DNA of 64,000 bases from the NCBI GenBank assembly GCA_964522665.1, contig CAZFVY010000008.1:29655-93654 (forward strand), read 5' to 3'. Under the pieces are notes generated by a model. That model was given only the letters and a program-made list of their open reading frames with translations. It made no database searches and was not told the origin of the DNA. Origin of the DNA: an uncultured Verrucomicrobiota bacterium. Its GTDB lineage: Bacteria; Verrucomicrobiota; Verrucomicrobiia; Limisphaerales; CAZFVY01. Position 1 is the stretch's first letter; the number at the start of each line of letters is the position of its first letter. Made by a program: the position numbers and the translations under genes. Shown piece by piece: positions 20,140 through 29,864 of this stretch.

Positions 20140-21591
20140 ATGAATTGCTCGCACATTAATTTCGCGATGAATCGCCGCGACTTCTTCGGCCGGTTCGCGC
20201 TCGGCCTGGGCGGGGCCGCGCTCTCCTCGTTGTTCGATTCCGCGCTGCTGGCCGCGCCGCCCGCCACGCCGAATCCGTTTCGCGGGATTCTGACGGAGCC
20301 GCATTTTACCCCGAAGGCGAAACGGATCATTTACCTTTTCATGAGTGGCGGGCCGTCGCAACTCGACCTGTTCGATTACAAACCAGTCTTGAACGAACGC
20401 AACGGGCAGGACCTCCCCGCCAGCGTCCGCATGGGACAACGTCTGACGGGGATGTCCGCGAATCAAGCGACGCTGCCGATGGCCGGGTCGATCTTCAAGT
20501 TCGCCCAACACGGCGCCAGCCGGGCTTGGATCAGCGAACTGATGCCGTGGACGGCCAAAATGGCGGACGACCTCTGCTTCGTGAAATCGATGCACACCGA
20601 GGCGATCAACCACGACCCGGCGATCACATTTTTTCAGACCGGCTCCCAATTCGCCGGACGTCCGAGCATCGGCGCGTGGCTGAGCTACGGGCTGGGCAGC
20701 GCGAACGAAACGCTACCGACCTTCGTGGTCCTGATCTCGAAGGACCGCATTGATCAACCGCTCTACGCCCGGCTTTGGGGCAACGGATTTCTTCCGAGCA
20801 TTCACCAGGGCGTGCAGTTCCGCAGCGGGAAGGACCCGGTGCTTTACCTGCAAAACCCGGACGGCGTTTCCGGCGCCAGCCGGCGCCAGATGCTCGACCG
20901 TCTGGCGGAGTTGAATCGTCTGCAATTCGAGGACTTGGGCGACCCCGAAATCAACGCCCGGGCCGCGCAATACGAGATGGCCTACCGGATGCAGACGAGC
21001 GTGCCGGACGTGATGAACGTCGCGGATGAACCGGCGAGCGTGTTGGAACTTTACGGGCCGGACGCGAAGAATCCGGGGACGTTTGCGGCAAACTGCCTCC
21101 TCGCGCGGCGTCTGGCCGAGCGCAACGTCCGTTTCATTCAGCTTTACCATCCCGGTTGGGACCATCACGGCAACTTGCCGAACGGGATCCGCCGCCAGGC
21201 CAAAGACGTCGATCAAGCGGCCTACGGGCTGGTCACCGATCTCAAGCAGCGCGGGTTGCTCGACGAGACGCTCGTAGTCTGGGGCGGCGAGTTTGGCCGG
21301 ACGAATTATTCCCAAGGGAAACTGACGAAGGACGATTACGGTCGGGATCATCATCCCCGCTGTTTCACCGCCTGGCTTACTGGCGCCGGAATCAAGCGCG
21401 GCATCTCCTACGGCGCGACGGATGATTTCGGTTACAACGTCGCCGATAATCCGGTCCACGTGCATGACCTTCAGGCGACCATTTTGCAGCAATTGGGGAT
21501 CGATCACACGAAGTTGACCTTCCGATTTCAGGGACGCGATTTTCGGCTCACGGACGTGAGTGGAGAGGTAGTCAAACCGATTCTGGCATGA
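20140..21591 (+). CDS. DUF1501 protein (sulfatase/alkaline-phosphatase superfamily), Tat signal
   Basis: [19 protein letters not shown] twin-arginine signal, then [13 protein letters not shown] and a C-terminal GRDHHP / RLTDV pattern. It starts 19 nt after the upstream gene's stop. Confidence 0.85.
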   Translation: MNCSHINFAMNRRDFFGRFALGLGGAALSSLFDSALLAAPPATPNPFRGILTEPHFTPKAKRIIYLFMSGGPSQLDLFDYKPVLNERNGQDLPASVRMGQRLTGMSANQATLPMAGSIFKFAQHGASRAWISELMPWTAKMADDLCFVKSMHTEAINHDPAITFFQTGSQFAGRPSIGAWLSYGLGSANETLPTFVVLISKDRIDQPLYARLWGNGFLPSIHQGVQFRSGKDPVLYLQNPDGVSGASRRQMLDRLAELNRLQFEDLGDPEINARAAQYEMAYRMQTSVPDVMNVADEPASVLELYGPDAKNPGTFAANCLLARRLAERNVRFIQLYHPGWDHHGNLPNGIRRQAKDVDQAAYGLVTDLKQRGLLDETLVVWGGEFGRTNYSQGKLTKDDYGRDHHPRCFTAWLTGAGIKRGISYGATDDFGYNVADNPVHVHDLQATILQQLGIDHTKLTFRFQGRDFRLTDVSGEVVKPILA

Positions 21592-21604
21592 TATAAACGG
21601 CGCG

Positions 21605-24600
21605 ATGACCCAAACCATCCGCCAATTCAATCGGCGCCACCTGGGCGTGGCGCTGGCGGTGGCCGCTCTGTTCACCACCGCCGCGCGGGCGCGCGATCGC
21701 ATCGGCGTCCCGGAAGACCATCCTCGCCGGATCGAGCACGGCTTGCGGCTTTTCCAACAATACGTCCGCGGACTCCTCACGACGAAGTGCATTGAATGCC
21801 ACGGCGCCGAAAAGAAAAAGGGCGGTCTTGATCTCTCGACGCGCGAAGGGTTGCTCAAGGGCGGCGACGACGGCGAGGTGATTATTCCCTTCAACGCGGA
21901 TCAAAGCCGTCTCCTGCGCCTGTTGCGCCACGAAGAAGAGCCTTACATGCCGAATAAAAAGGCGGCGCTCGCCCGGGAGCAGATCGCCAAAATCACCGAG
22001 TGGATCGACGACGGCGCGCCCTACGACAAACCGCTCGTGGATCGCCCAACGCTCACGCGCGACCGCTCCGTCGTCACCGACGAAGACCGCCGTTGGTGGG
22101 CCTTCCAGCCGCTGACTCGGCCCAAGCCACCCCAGATTGACGCGGCGCCGGTTAAGCCCCAAAACCCGATCGACCAATTCATTCTGTCCAAGGCGGCGGG
22201 GATGGCGCTGTCGCCCGTGGCGGACAGACGGACGCTGGCGCGCCGCGCTTATCTCGACTTGTTGGGCCTGCCGCCGTCACCGGACGAAGTGGAGACCTTC
22301 ACGCGCGACGAATCGCCGGACGCCTGGCCGCGCCTGATTGACCAACTCCTGGCTTCGCCGCGCTACGGCGAACGTTGGGCGCGGTATTGGCTCGACGTGG
22401 CTCGCTTCGCCGAGAGTTCCGGCTTTGAGCATGACTACGATCGACCGGGAGCTTTTCAATTTCGCGATTTCGTCATCCGCGCGTTGAATGACGACCTGCC
22501 GTTCGACCAATTCGCGCGCTGGCAACTGGCCGGGGATGAGTTCGCGCCGGACGATCCGCTGGCGCTGACGGCGACCGGCTTCCTCGGCGCGGGCGTTTTT
22601 CCGACCCAGATCACCGCCAACGAGGTCGAACGTACGCGCTACGACGCGCTCGACGACATGCTGGCGACGACCGGCTCGGCGTTCCTCGGATTGACAATCG
22701 GTTGCGCGCGTTGCCACGACCATAAGTACGATCCAATTCCGACACGCGACTACTATCGAATGTTGTCCGCCTTTACGGCGACCGTGCGGAGCGTCGTTGA
22801 CCTGGACGTTGAGCCTGGGCGGACCCACCGGCTCGTGGAGAAATGGGCGGCCGATTATGTGCCGCTGTTGACTGACCTGAATCATTATGAAGCCGCCTTA
22901 CAGCCGCGCTTTGAGGCTTGGCTGGCCAGCGGCGCGCGGAACTTGGCCGAAGCGCGGTGGGCGACGCTCAACGTCACCACCCTAACTTCGAAAACAGGCG
23001 CCACCTTCAAGCGCCTCGCGGACGGCTCGTTCCTCGCGGAAGGTAAAAACGGCGACCAGGACGAATACATTTTGACCGGCTTAGCCTCCGGCCCGCGGTT
23101 GGCCGGGTTGCGGCTCGACGCGCTCGCCGATGCCTCACTCCCCAAGTCTGGCCCGGGGCGCGCTGAAAACGGAAACTTCGGCCTGAGCCGCGTCCGCGTG
23201 TTCTGCGCGGCGGGCGGGACGAACGAAGCGCAAGAGATACCGCTGACGGGGCCGCGAGCTGATTTTGAGCAGAACACGTCGAACCTGTCGATCGCCAGTT
23301 CGTTGGACGATAATCCGTCCAGCGGTTGGGCCGTCGATGGACAAATCGGCAAAGACCATGCGGCCGCGTTTAAGTTCGAGCGGCCGATCGACGCGCCGAC
23401 CGGCGCGTCCCTGACCGTCACGCTCGAGTTTCGCGTCAACACCCGCCACAACCTCGGCCGTTTTCGCGTTTCGACGTCCGCGCGCGAGGACGCCGGCTTG
23501 AAAGAGGAGGCGCTCCCGGCGTCGATCGCCGCCCTGCTGGCGCGGGCCAAGGCGGGCGGCGCCGCGGAGACTTGGTCGGCCGCCGAACGGGCGAGCCTGT
23601 TCGGTTGGTGGAAGCGATCCGATCCGGGCTGGGCCGAACGCTCGGCCCGTCTCGAGCGCCATCGCGCGACGCAGCCGACCGGCCTGACCAAGGCGCTGAT
23701 ATGCGCCGAAGGGCATGAACCGCTCCGTTACCATTCGCAAGGCGCCGACTTTTTCAAGGAGACGTATTATCTCAAACGCGGAAACACCGACCTCAAAGAC
23801 GGCGTCGCGACGGAGGGCTTTCTCCAGGCGTTGATGCGCGGCGCCGATGGCCCGTCCCGGTGGCAATGGAACCCACCACCCGGCGCGCTTTACTCCGGTC
23901 GCCGGCGCTCGCTTGCCAATTGGCTGACTGACACCGATCACGGCGCGGGTAACCTGCTGGCGCGCGTCGCCGTCAACCGCCTCTGGCAACATCATTTCGG
24001 GCGCGGAATCGTGCCGACGCCCAACGATTTCGGGCACGCGGGCGACCCGCCGTCGCACCCGGAGTTGCTCGATTGGCTCGCGGGTCAATTGATCGATCAC
24101 CAATGGAAGCTCAAATCGATGCACCGTCTGCTCATGACGAGCGCGACATATATGCAGGCATGCGTGCATGACCCGCGCAAAGAAAGCGCCGACCCGGACG
24201 ATCATTTGTTCGTCCGCCGCGCGCCCCAACGCCTGGAGGGCGAGGCGATCCGCGATGCGATGCTGTCCGTTTCCGGCCAACTTGACCCGGCGATGTTCGG
24301 TCCCGGGACCAAGGACGAACGGAGCCGTCGGCGCAGCATCTACTTCACCATCAAACGGAGCCAATTGGTCGGCTCGATGGTCGTCTTTGATCAACCCGAG
24401 CCGTTGGTCAGCCAGGGCGCCCGGCCAACCACCACCGTGGCGCCCCAGGCGTTGTTGCTCATGAACAGCCCGCAAGTTCGCGATTGGGCGGACGCGCTTG
24501 CCCGGCGGATGCGCCGGGAGACGGCCGACGTGAACGATCTCGCGGCGCTCACCCGTCGCGGTTACGCCTTGACCCTGGGCCGGCCGCCGACGCCGGACGA

Positions 24601-24739
24601 ACTCTCGGAAAGCGCCGAGTTTCTGCGCCGGCAGGCCCGGAGCTACGCCGCCGATTCGCGGCCCGACGCGAACGCGCTGGCGCTGGTCGATTTTGCCCAA
24701 GTCCTTTTCGGCTTGAACGAATTCATCTATGAAAACTGA
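21605..24739 (+). CDS. PSCyt (CxxCH) / DUF1549 / DUF1553 protein, second copy
   Basis: CIECHGAEKKKGGLDLSTREG, IGCARCHDHKYDP and a different central insert (NPSSGWAVDGQIGKDHAAAFKFERP, jelly-roll-like). Confidence 0.85.
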   Translation: MTQTIRQFNRRHLGVALAVAALFTTAARARDRIGVPEDHPRRIEHGLRLFQQYVRGLLTTKCIECHGAEKKKGGLDLSTREGLLKGGDDGEVIIPFNADQSRLLRLLRHEEEPYMPNKKAALAREQIAKITEWIDDGAPYDKPLVDRPTLTRDRSVVTDEDRRWWAFQPLTRPKPPQIDAAPVKPQNPIDQFILSKAAGMALSPVADRRTLARRAYLDLLGLPPSPDEVETFTRDESPDAWPRLIDQLLASPRYGERWARYWLDVARFAESSGFEHDYDRPGAFQFRDFVIRALNDDLPFDQFARWQLAGDEFAPDDPLALTATGFLGAGVFPTQITANEVERTRYDALDDMLATTGSAFLGLTIGCARCHDHKYDPIPTRDYYRMLSAFTATVRSVVDLDVEPGRTHRLVEKWAADYVPLLTDLNHYEAALQPRFEAWLASGARNLAEARWATLNVTTLTSKTGATFKRLADGSFLAEGKNGDQDEYILTGLASGPRLAGLRLDALADASLPKSGPGRAENGNFGLSRVRVFCAAGGTNEAQEIPLTGPRADFEQNTSNLSIASSLDDNPSSGWAVDGQIGKDHAAAFKFERPIDAPTGASLTVTLEFRVNTRHNLGRFRVSTSAREDAGLKEEALPASIAALLARAKAGGAAETWSAAERASLFGWWKRSDPGWAERSARLERHRATQPTGLTKALICAEGHEPLRYHSQGADFFKETYYLKRGNTDLKDGVATEGFLQALMRGADGPSRWQWNPPPGALYSGRRRSLANWLTDTDHGAGNLLARVAVNRLWQHHFGRGIVPTPNDFGHAGDPPSHPELLDWLAGQLIDHQWKLKSMHRLLMTSATYMQACVHDPRKESADPDDHLFVRRAPQRLEGEAIRDAMLSVSGQLDPAMFGPGTKDERSRRRSIYFTIKRSQLVGSMVVFDQPEPLVSQGARPTTTVAPQALLLMNSPQVRDWADALARRMRRETADVNDLAALTRRGYALTLGRPPTPDELSESAEFLRRQARSYAADSRPDANALALVDFAQVLFGLNEFIYEN

Positions 24740-26195
24740 ACCGACCCTGCCCCACGGTTTTCACGCCGCGATGAGCCGGCGTGAACTTCTGCAAAAGGCG
24801 GGCGGCGGATTGGGCTGGCTCGCGCTGGCGTCGATGTTTGATCGCGCGGGATTGGTGGCCGCCGCGGCGCCGTCGCTGAATCCGTTGGCGCCGAAAAGTC
24901 CGCGGTTCAAGCCGCGGGCCAAGGCGGTCATCTGGCTCTTCATGAACGGCGGCCCGAGTCAGGTTGATACGTTCGACTACAAACCGGGGCTGGCCAAATT
25001 CGACGGCAAAAAGCTCGACGGCTTCGACAATAAAACGGGCTTCTTTCAGGACGCGGTCGGTCCGTTGATGAAATCACCATTCGACTGGCGCCAGCATGGG
25101 CAAAGCGGGACGTGGGTCAGCAGTCTGTTTCCGCACTTGGCCCGGCACGTCGATAAGATGGCGTTCATTCACTCCTGTTGGACGCAATCGAACAATCATA
25201 GCCCCGCGCTCTTCATGATGAACACGGGCGTCACGCGCATGGGCTATCCCTGCGTCGGTTCGTGGGTGACGTACGGCCTCGGGTCCCAATGCGACAATCT
25301 GCCCAGCTTCGTCGTGATGAGCGACCCGCTCAATCGCGGCCTGCCGAAAGGCAACGCGCTGAATTGGGGCGCCGGTTTCCTGCCGACCGTCTATCAGGGC
25401 ACGTGGCTGCGCCCGCAAGGCGAGCCGATCGATAATCTGAAACGTCCCGCGGCGCTGACCGACGAGCGGCAGCGGGCGCAACTCGACCTGCTGGCCCGGC
25501 TGAATCAACGTCAGGCGGAGAACTCGCCGGTCGAAAGCGAACTGGCGGCGCGCATCGAAAGTTTTGAACTCGCCTACCGGATGCAGACCGCGGCGCCCGA
25601 GGCGTTCGAGGTAAAAAGCGAACCGGAGCACATCCAGAAGCTCTATGGCCTTGACCAAAAACATTGCGCCCACTTCGCCGCGCAATGCCTGATGGCGCGC
25701 CGCATGGTTGAGCGGGGCGTCCGCTTCGTGCAGATTTATTCCGGAGGGATGGACAACCAGCTTAGTTGGGATTGCCACGGAGATCTCGTGGGCAATCACG
25801 GCGGCTTCGCCCGCGAGACGGATCAGCCGGTCGCCGCGCTGTTAGCCGACCTCGAACAGCGCGGCCTCCTCGAAGACACTTTGGTCATTTGGGGCGGTGA
25901 ATTCGGCCGCCTCCCGCTTTCCCAAAAAGGCGACAAACCGGGGCGCGATCATAACCCGCACGCCTTCACCGTCTGGCTCGCCGGCGGCGGCGCTCGTGGG
26001 GGAACCCACTATGGTGAGACCGACGAGATCGGCTTCAAGGCCGCGGTGGACAAAGTCCACGTCCGCGATTTTCACGCGACGATCCTGGCCGCGCTCGGCT
26101 TGGAACACCGCAATCTCACCTTCCGCTTTCAGGGGCTAGACCAGCGCCTGACGGGCGTCGAAGAAGCCCGCGTGGTTCACGAAGTCCTCGCCTGA
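24729..26195 (+). CDS. DUF1501 protein, second copy, Tat signal
   Basis: MSRRELLQKAGGGLGWLALA, GGPSQVDTFDYKP, GRDHNP and RLTGV. The track start at 24729 overlaps the upstream gene by 11 nt; an alternative ATG lies at 24771. Confidence 0.85.
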   Translation: MKTEPTLPHGFHAAMSRRELLQKAGGGLGWLALASMFDRAGLVAAAAPSLNPLAPKSPRFKPRAKAVIWLFMNGGPSQVDTFDYKPGLAKFDGKKLDGFDNKTGFFQDAVGPLMKSPFDWRQHGQSGTWVSSLFPHLARHVDKMAFIHSCWTQSNNHSPALFMMNTGVTRMGYPCVGSWVTYGLGSQCDNLPSFVVMSDPLNRGLPKGNALNWGAGFLPTVYQGTWLRPQGEPIDNLKRPAALTDERQRAQLDLLARLNQRQAENSPVESELAARIESFELAYRMQTAAPEAFEVKSEPEHIQKLYGLDQKHCAHFAAQCLMARRMVERGVRFVQIYSGGMDNQLSWDCHGDLVGNHGGFARETDQPVAALLADLEQRGLLEDTLVIWGGEFGRLPLSQKGDKPGRDHNPHAFTVWLAGGGARGGTHYGETDEIGFKAAVDKVHVRDFHATILAALGLEHRNLTFRFQGLDQRLTGVEEARVVHEVLA

Positions 26196-26270
26196 GTGGT
26201 CACGCGGCGCGCGGTATTTCAGATAATGCCGCACTTAGCGCCGGGCGTGCTTGGCGTCACTTGCGGACTC

Positions 26271-28565
26271 CTACGGCAAGTACGCGCGAAAGAAACGGGA
26301 GCCGGGCGAACTGGATTGCGGATCGATGAAGATCAGGTCGGTGAAAGCGTTGTTGGTCCAAACCGGGGTCCAATTCACCAGGTCGGTTGAACTTTCGACC
26401 ACCACTGATCCGCCGACCGGCCCGGCGAGCATGAATCTGAATTGGCCATTATAAAAGCCCAAGGATGGTCCGCTCGTGATGATCAGCCGGGCCAGCGACC
26501 CGGGCGGCGGGGGAACCTCGTGTCCCGACCGAATCAGGTTGTTCCCGTCGTCAGCGATGTAAACTGTTCCCGAGGCGTCCACGGCCACGCCCGTCGGATA
26601 AGAGAACCGCGCGGCGCTACCGACGCCATCCGCGTCACCGAGATTCGCGGTGAGTCCCGCGAGGGTTGACGTATGGCCGTCCGCCGTGATTTTGCGAAGT
26701 TTGGCGCCAAGACTCTCGGTCACGTAAACGTTCCCCGATCGGTCCACGGCCACCCCAATCGGTTCCCAAAAGAGCGCGTCGGCTACGGTCCCATCCTTCG
26801 TCCCGGTTACACCCGCCTGGCCGGCCAGCGTGGTCACGTCTCCCGCCGCGGTGATCTTCCGAATGACCTGACTGCCCGAATCGGCGACATACAGGTTGCC
26901 GGGCGAGTCGGCCGCGATGCCGAAGGGCCGGTTGAAGAGCGCCTGATCGCCCGTTCCATCAGCCCAGCCAAAGACGCCGGCCACGCCTGCCAGCGTTGTC
27001 ACCAGGCCATCGGGCGTTACCTTCCGAATGGTGTGGTCAACAAAATCGGTGACATAGACGTTGCCAGCGCCGTCCACCGCGACGCCCCGCGGTGAGTTAA
27101 ACTGCGCGGCGCTCCCGCTTCCATCCGCGCTGCCGGCGGCGCCCGGCGAGCCGGCGAGGGTAGTCACCACGCCGCTCGGCGATATTTTCCGAATCGTGTA
27201 ATTGCCGGCGTCCGCCACGTAGAGATTGCCGGCGCTGTCCAAAGCCGCGCCTTGGGGCGAGGTGAACCGCGCGGCGCTTCCGACCCCGTCCGCGCTGCCG
27301 CTGTTTCCCGGCGATCCGGCGAACGTCGAGACGACGCCGGCCGGAGTTATCTTTCGGATCGTATTGTTCCCCGAGTCAGTCACGAAGAGATTGGTAGAGC
27401 TATCGACCGCGATGCCGAAGGGTAGGTTGAAGAGCGCGATGTTCCCCGGTCCATCAGCGTAACCCACCGTCTCGTTGCTCCCCGCCAACGTCGTCACGGC
27501 CCCAGCGGGCGTCACCTTCCGAATCGCGTTTTGGTCCGACACGATTAACGCGCCAGACGGATCCAATGCCAAACCCGCGATGATCGAAAACCGCGCGACG
27601 TTCCGGGGACCGTCCGTCGTGCCTCCTTGGCCACCTCCCCCAACCAGCGTAGTCACCGCGCCCGCCGGAGTGACCTTGCGAATCGCGTTATTGAAAATAT
27701 CTCCAACATAGAGGTTGCCCGCGGCGTCCACCGCCACGCCGGACGGAACCACGAACCGCGCGTCGGCGCCCACGCCATCAACGTAGCCCCACTGGCCCAG
27801 CGTGCCCGCAAATACTGTCACTTCCCCATTCGTCCCCACCTTTTGAATCGTGTTGTTGTTCGCCCCCGCGACATAGACATTTCCACTGACATCCACCCCG
27901 ACGCCACCATACGGAATCGGGGGCTCGGTATATTGCGGGTCGATTTGGGGCGACAAAGTCGCCAGGGTCGTCACGACTCCCGCCGCGGTCACCTCCCGGA
28001 CGACGTTGTTGGTCTGATCCAGTACAAACAGGTTGCCGAGGCGATCGACCGCGATGCCTGACGGAAGATTAAAACGCGCGTCAGAACCCACGCCATCGGA
28101 ACTCCCCTGGCGGCCAGCCAACCCGGCGAACGTCGTGACCGTACCCGTCGCGGTCACCTTCCGGATTGTGTGATCGCCGAATTCCGTCACGTAGAGGTTG
28201 CCTGCGCCGTCGATCGCGATACCAGTTGGGCCATAGAATCGCGCGCCGCTACCGGCGCCATCCACGCTGCCTTGCGCCCCGGCGACGCCCGCCAGGGTAG
28301 TCACGACGCCCGCCGGCGTGACCTTGCGAATCGTGCAGTTCCGTGAGTCCGCGACAAACGCGTTACCGGCGCCGTCCACGGCCATGCCGCGAGCGCCGAA
28401 GAAGCGCGCCGTTGCGCCTGTGCCGTCCACGCTCCCATACCCCGCGCTCCCGGCGATCGTCGTGATGGCATAGGGCGTTGGGTAATTGGTCTGGGCGGAG
28501 GATTGAAGCGCCGACACCAGAAGAACGGCGACGGCAAGAGCCGCCAAAACATAATGTTTTTTCAT
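26271..28565 (-). CDS. secreted NHL/beta-propeller repeat protein, paralogue 1
   Basis: Signal peptide MKKHYVLAALAVAVLLVSALQSSAQ, then ~13 units resembling IRKVTPAGVVTTLAG..G..GSADG.GS.ARF..P.G.AVD..GNLYV.D..N. The C-terminal module ends STDLVNWTPV...SRFFRAYLP. The ATG at 28565 lies inside track ORF ..28616. Confidence 0.8.
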   Translation of the reverse strand: MKKHYVLAALAVAVLLVSALQSSAQTNYPTPYAITTIAGSAGYGSVDGTGATARFFGARGMAVDGAGNAFVADSRNCTIRKVTPAGVVTTLAGVAGAQGSVDGAGSGARFYGPTGIAIDGAGNLYVTEFGDHTIRKVTATGTVTTFAGLAGRQGSSDGVGSDARFNLPSGIAVDRLGNLFVLDQTNNVVREVTAAGVVTTLATLSPQIDPQYTEPPIPYGGVGVDVSGNVYVAGANNNTIQKVGTNGEVTVFAGTLGQWGYVDGVGADARFVVPSGVAVDAAGNLYVGDIFNNAIRKVTPAGAVTTLVGGGGQGGTTDGPRNVARFSIIAGLALDPSGALIVSDQNAIRKVTPAGAVTTLAGSNETVGYADGPGNIALFNLPFGIAVDSSTNLFVTDSGNNTIRKITPAGVVSTFAGSPGNSGSADGVGSAARFTSPQGAALDSAGNLYVADAGNYTIRKISPSGVVTTLAGSPGAAGSADGSGSAAQFNSPRGVAVDGAGNVYVTDFVDHTIRKVTPDGLVTTLAGVAGVFGWADGTGDQALFNRPFGIAADSPGNLYVADSGSQVIRKITAAGDVTTLAGQAGVTGTKDGTVADALFWEPIGVAVDRSGNVYVTESLGAKLRKITADGHTSTLAGLTANLGDADGVGSAARFSYPTGVAVDASGTVYIADDGNNLIRSGHEVPPPPGSLARLIITSGPSLGFYNGQFRFMLAGPVGGSVVVESSTDLVNWTPVWTNNAFTDLIFIDPQSSSPGSRFFRAYLP

Positions 28566-28645
28566 TGGATTACCCGGAAGATGAACCATTCCCTTTCCAG
28601 AGCGTTGCCAACTCATACCTCAACCCACGCTCACATTCAAGCAGC
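28566..28645 (-). promoter_or_regulatory. 5' leader of NHL paralogue 1, conserved with the leader of paralogue 2
   Basis: A hand alignment of 28566-28645 against 32172-32251 gives 66/80 identical positions with no gaps, running straight into the ATG. Confidence 0.4.
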
Positions 28646-28744
28646 GAACGGGTCGAGCACGCAGACTATACACAGCGTCATAAATAATTGCGCATACAGC
28701 TCTGATGTGTTTCATTGTGGCTATGAAGCCACTGAAAATTCGAG

Positions 28745-28771
28745 GGGCTGTTTGAATGCTGGAAACAGCCC
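28745..28771 (-). terminator. candidate stem-loop terminator downstream of the pseudopilin-like gene
   Basis: A 9-bp perfect stem (gggctgttt / aaacagccc) with a 9-nt loop lies ~100 nt after the stop at 28867. On the minus strand it is followed by only a weak T-run (ctcgaattttc). Confidence 0.3.
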
Positions 28772-28866
28772 AACGAAACCCTCAGAAGGTTGTGCGGCGT
28801 TGCTTAACATGCGTATTTATTTATGACGCTCTGTATAATTCTGCATTCCAATCACGCGACGTCCGA

Positions 28867-29700
<834 letters not shown>

Positions 29701-29864
29701 CCAACGCGCAACCATACCACTCTCCCGCGCTATTTCAAGCTTGAGCCACACGCTCGGTCGCCCGCCTTGATATCCTCGCAAAATCCAAATCGAACGGCAA
29801 CTTCGGTCGATCCCAATTGAATTTCCCGGTTAGCCGCACGCGACACAAACTGCAGGCGATCCGG

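Noticed and set aside
13321-25786. Looked for avoidance of AGATCT or GGATCC as a clue to the specificity of the BglII/BamHI-fold R-M system.
   Set aside because: AGATCT occurs at least at 13321, 18823, 19879 and 25781, and GGATCC at 21185, so there is no visible depletion. Specificity cannot be inferred from this window.
28830-28840. Perfect TATAAT on the plus strand in the AT-rich gap at 28617-28866.
   Set aside because: There is no suitably spaced -35, and transcription from it would run antisense into the pseudopilin-like gene. It is likely a chance match in AT-rich DNA.
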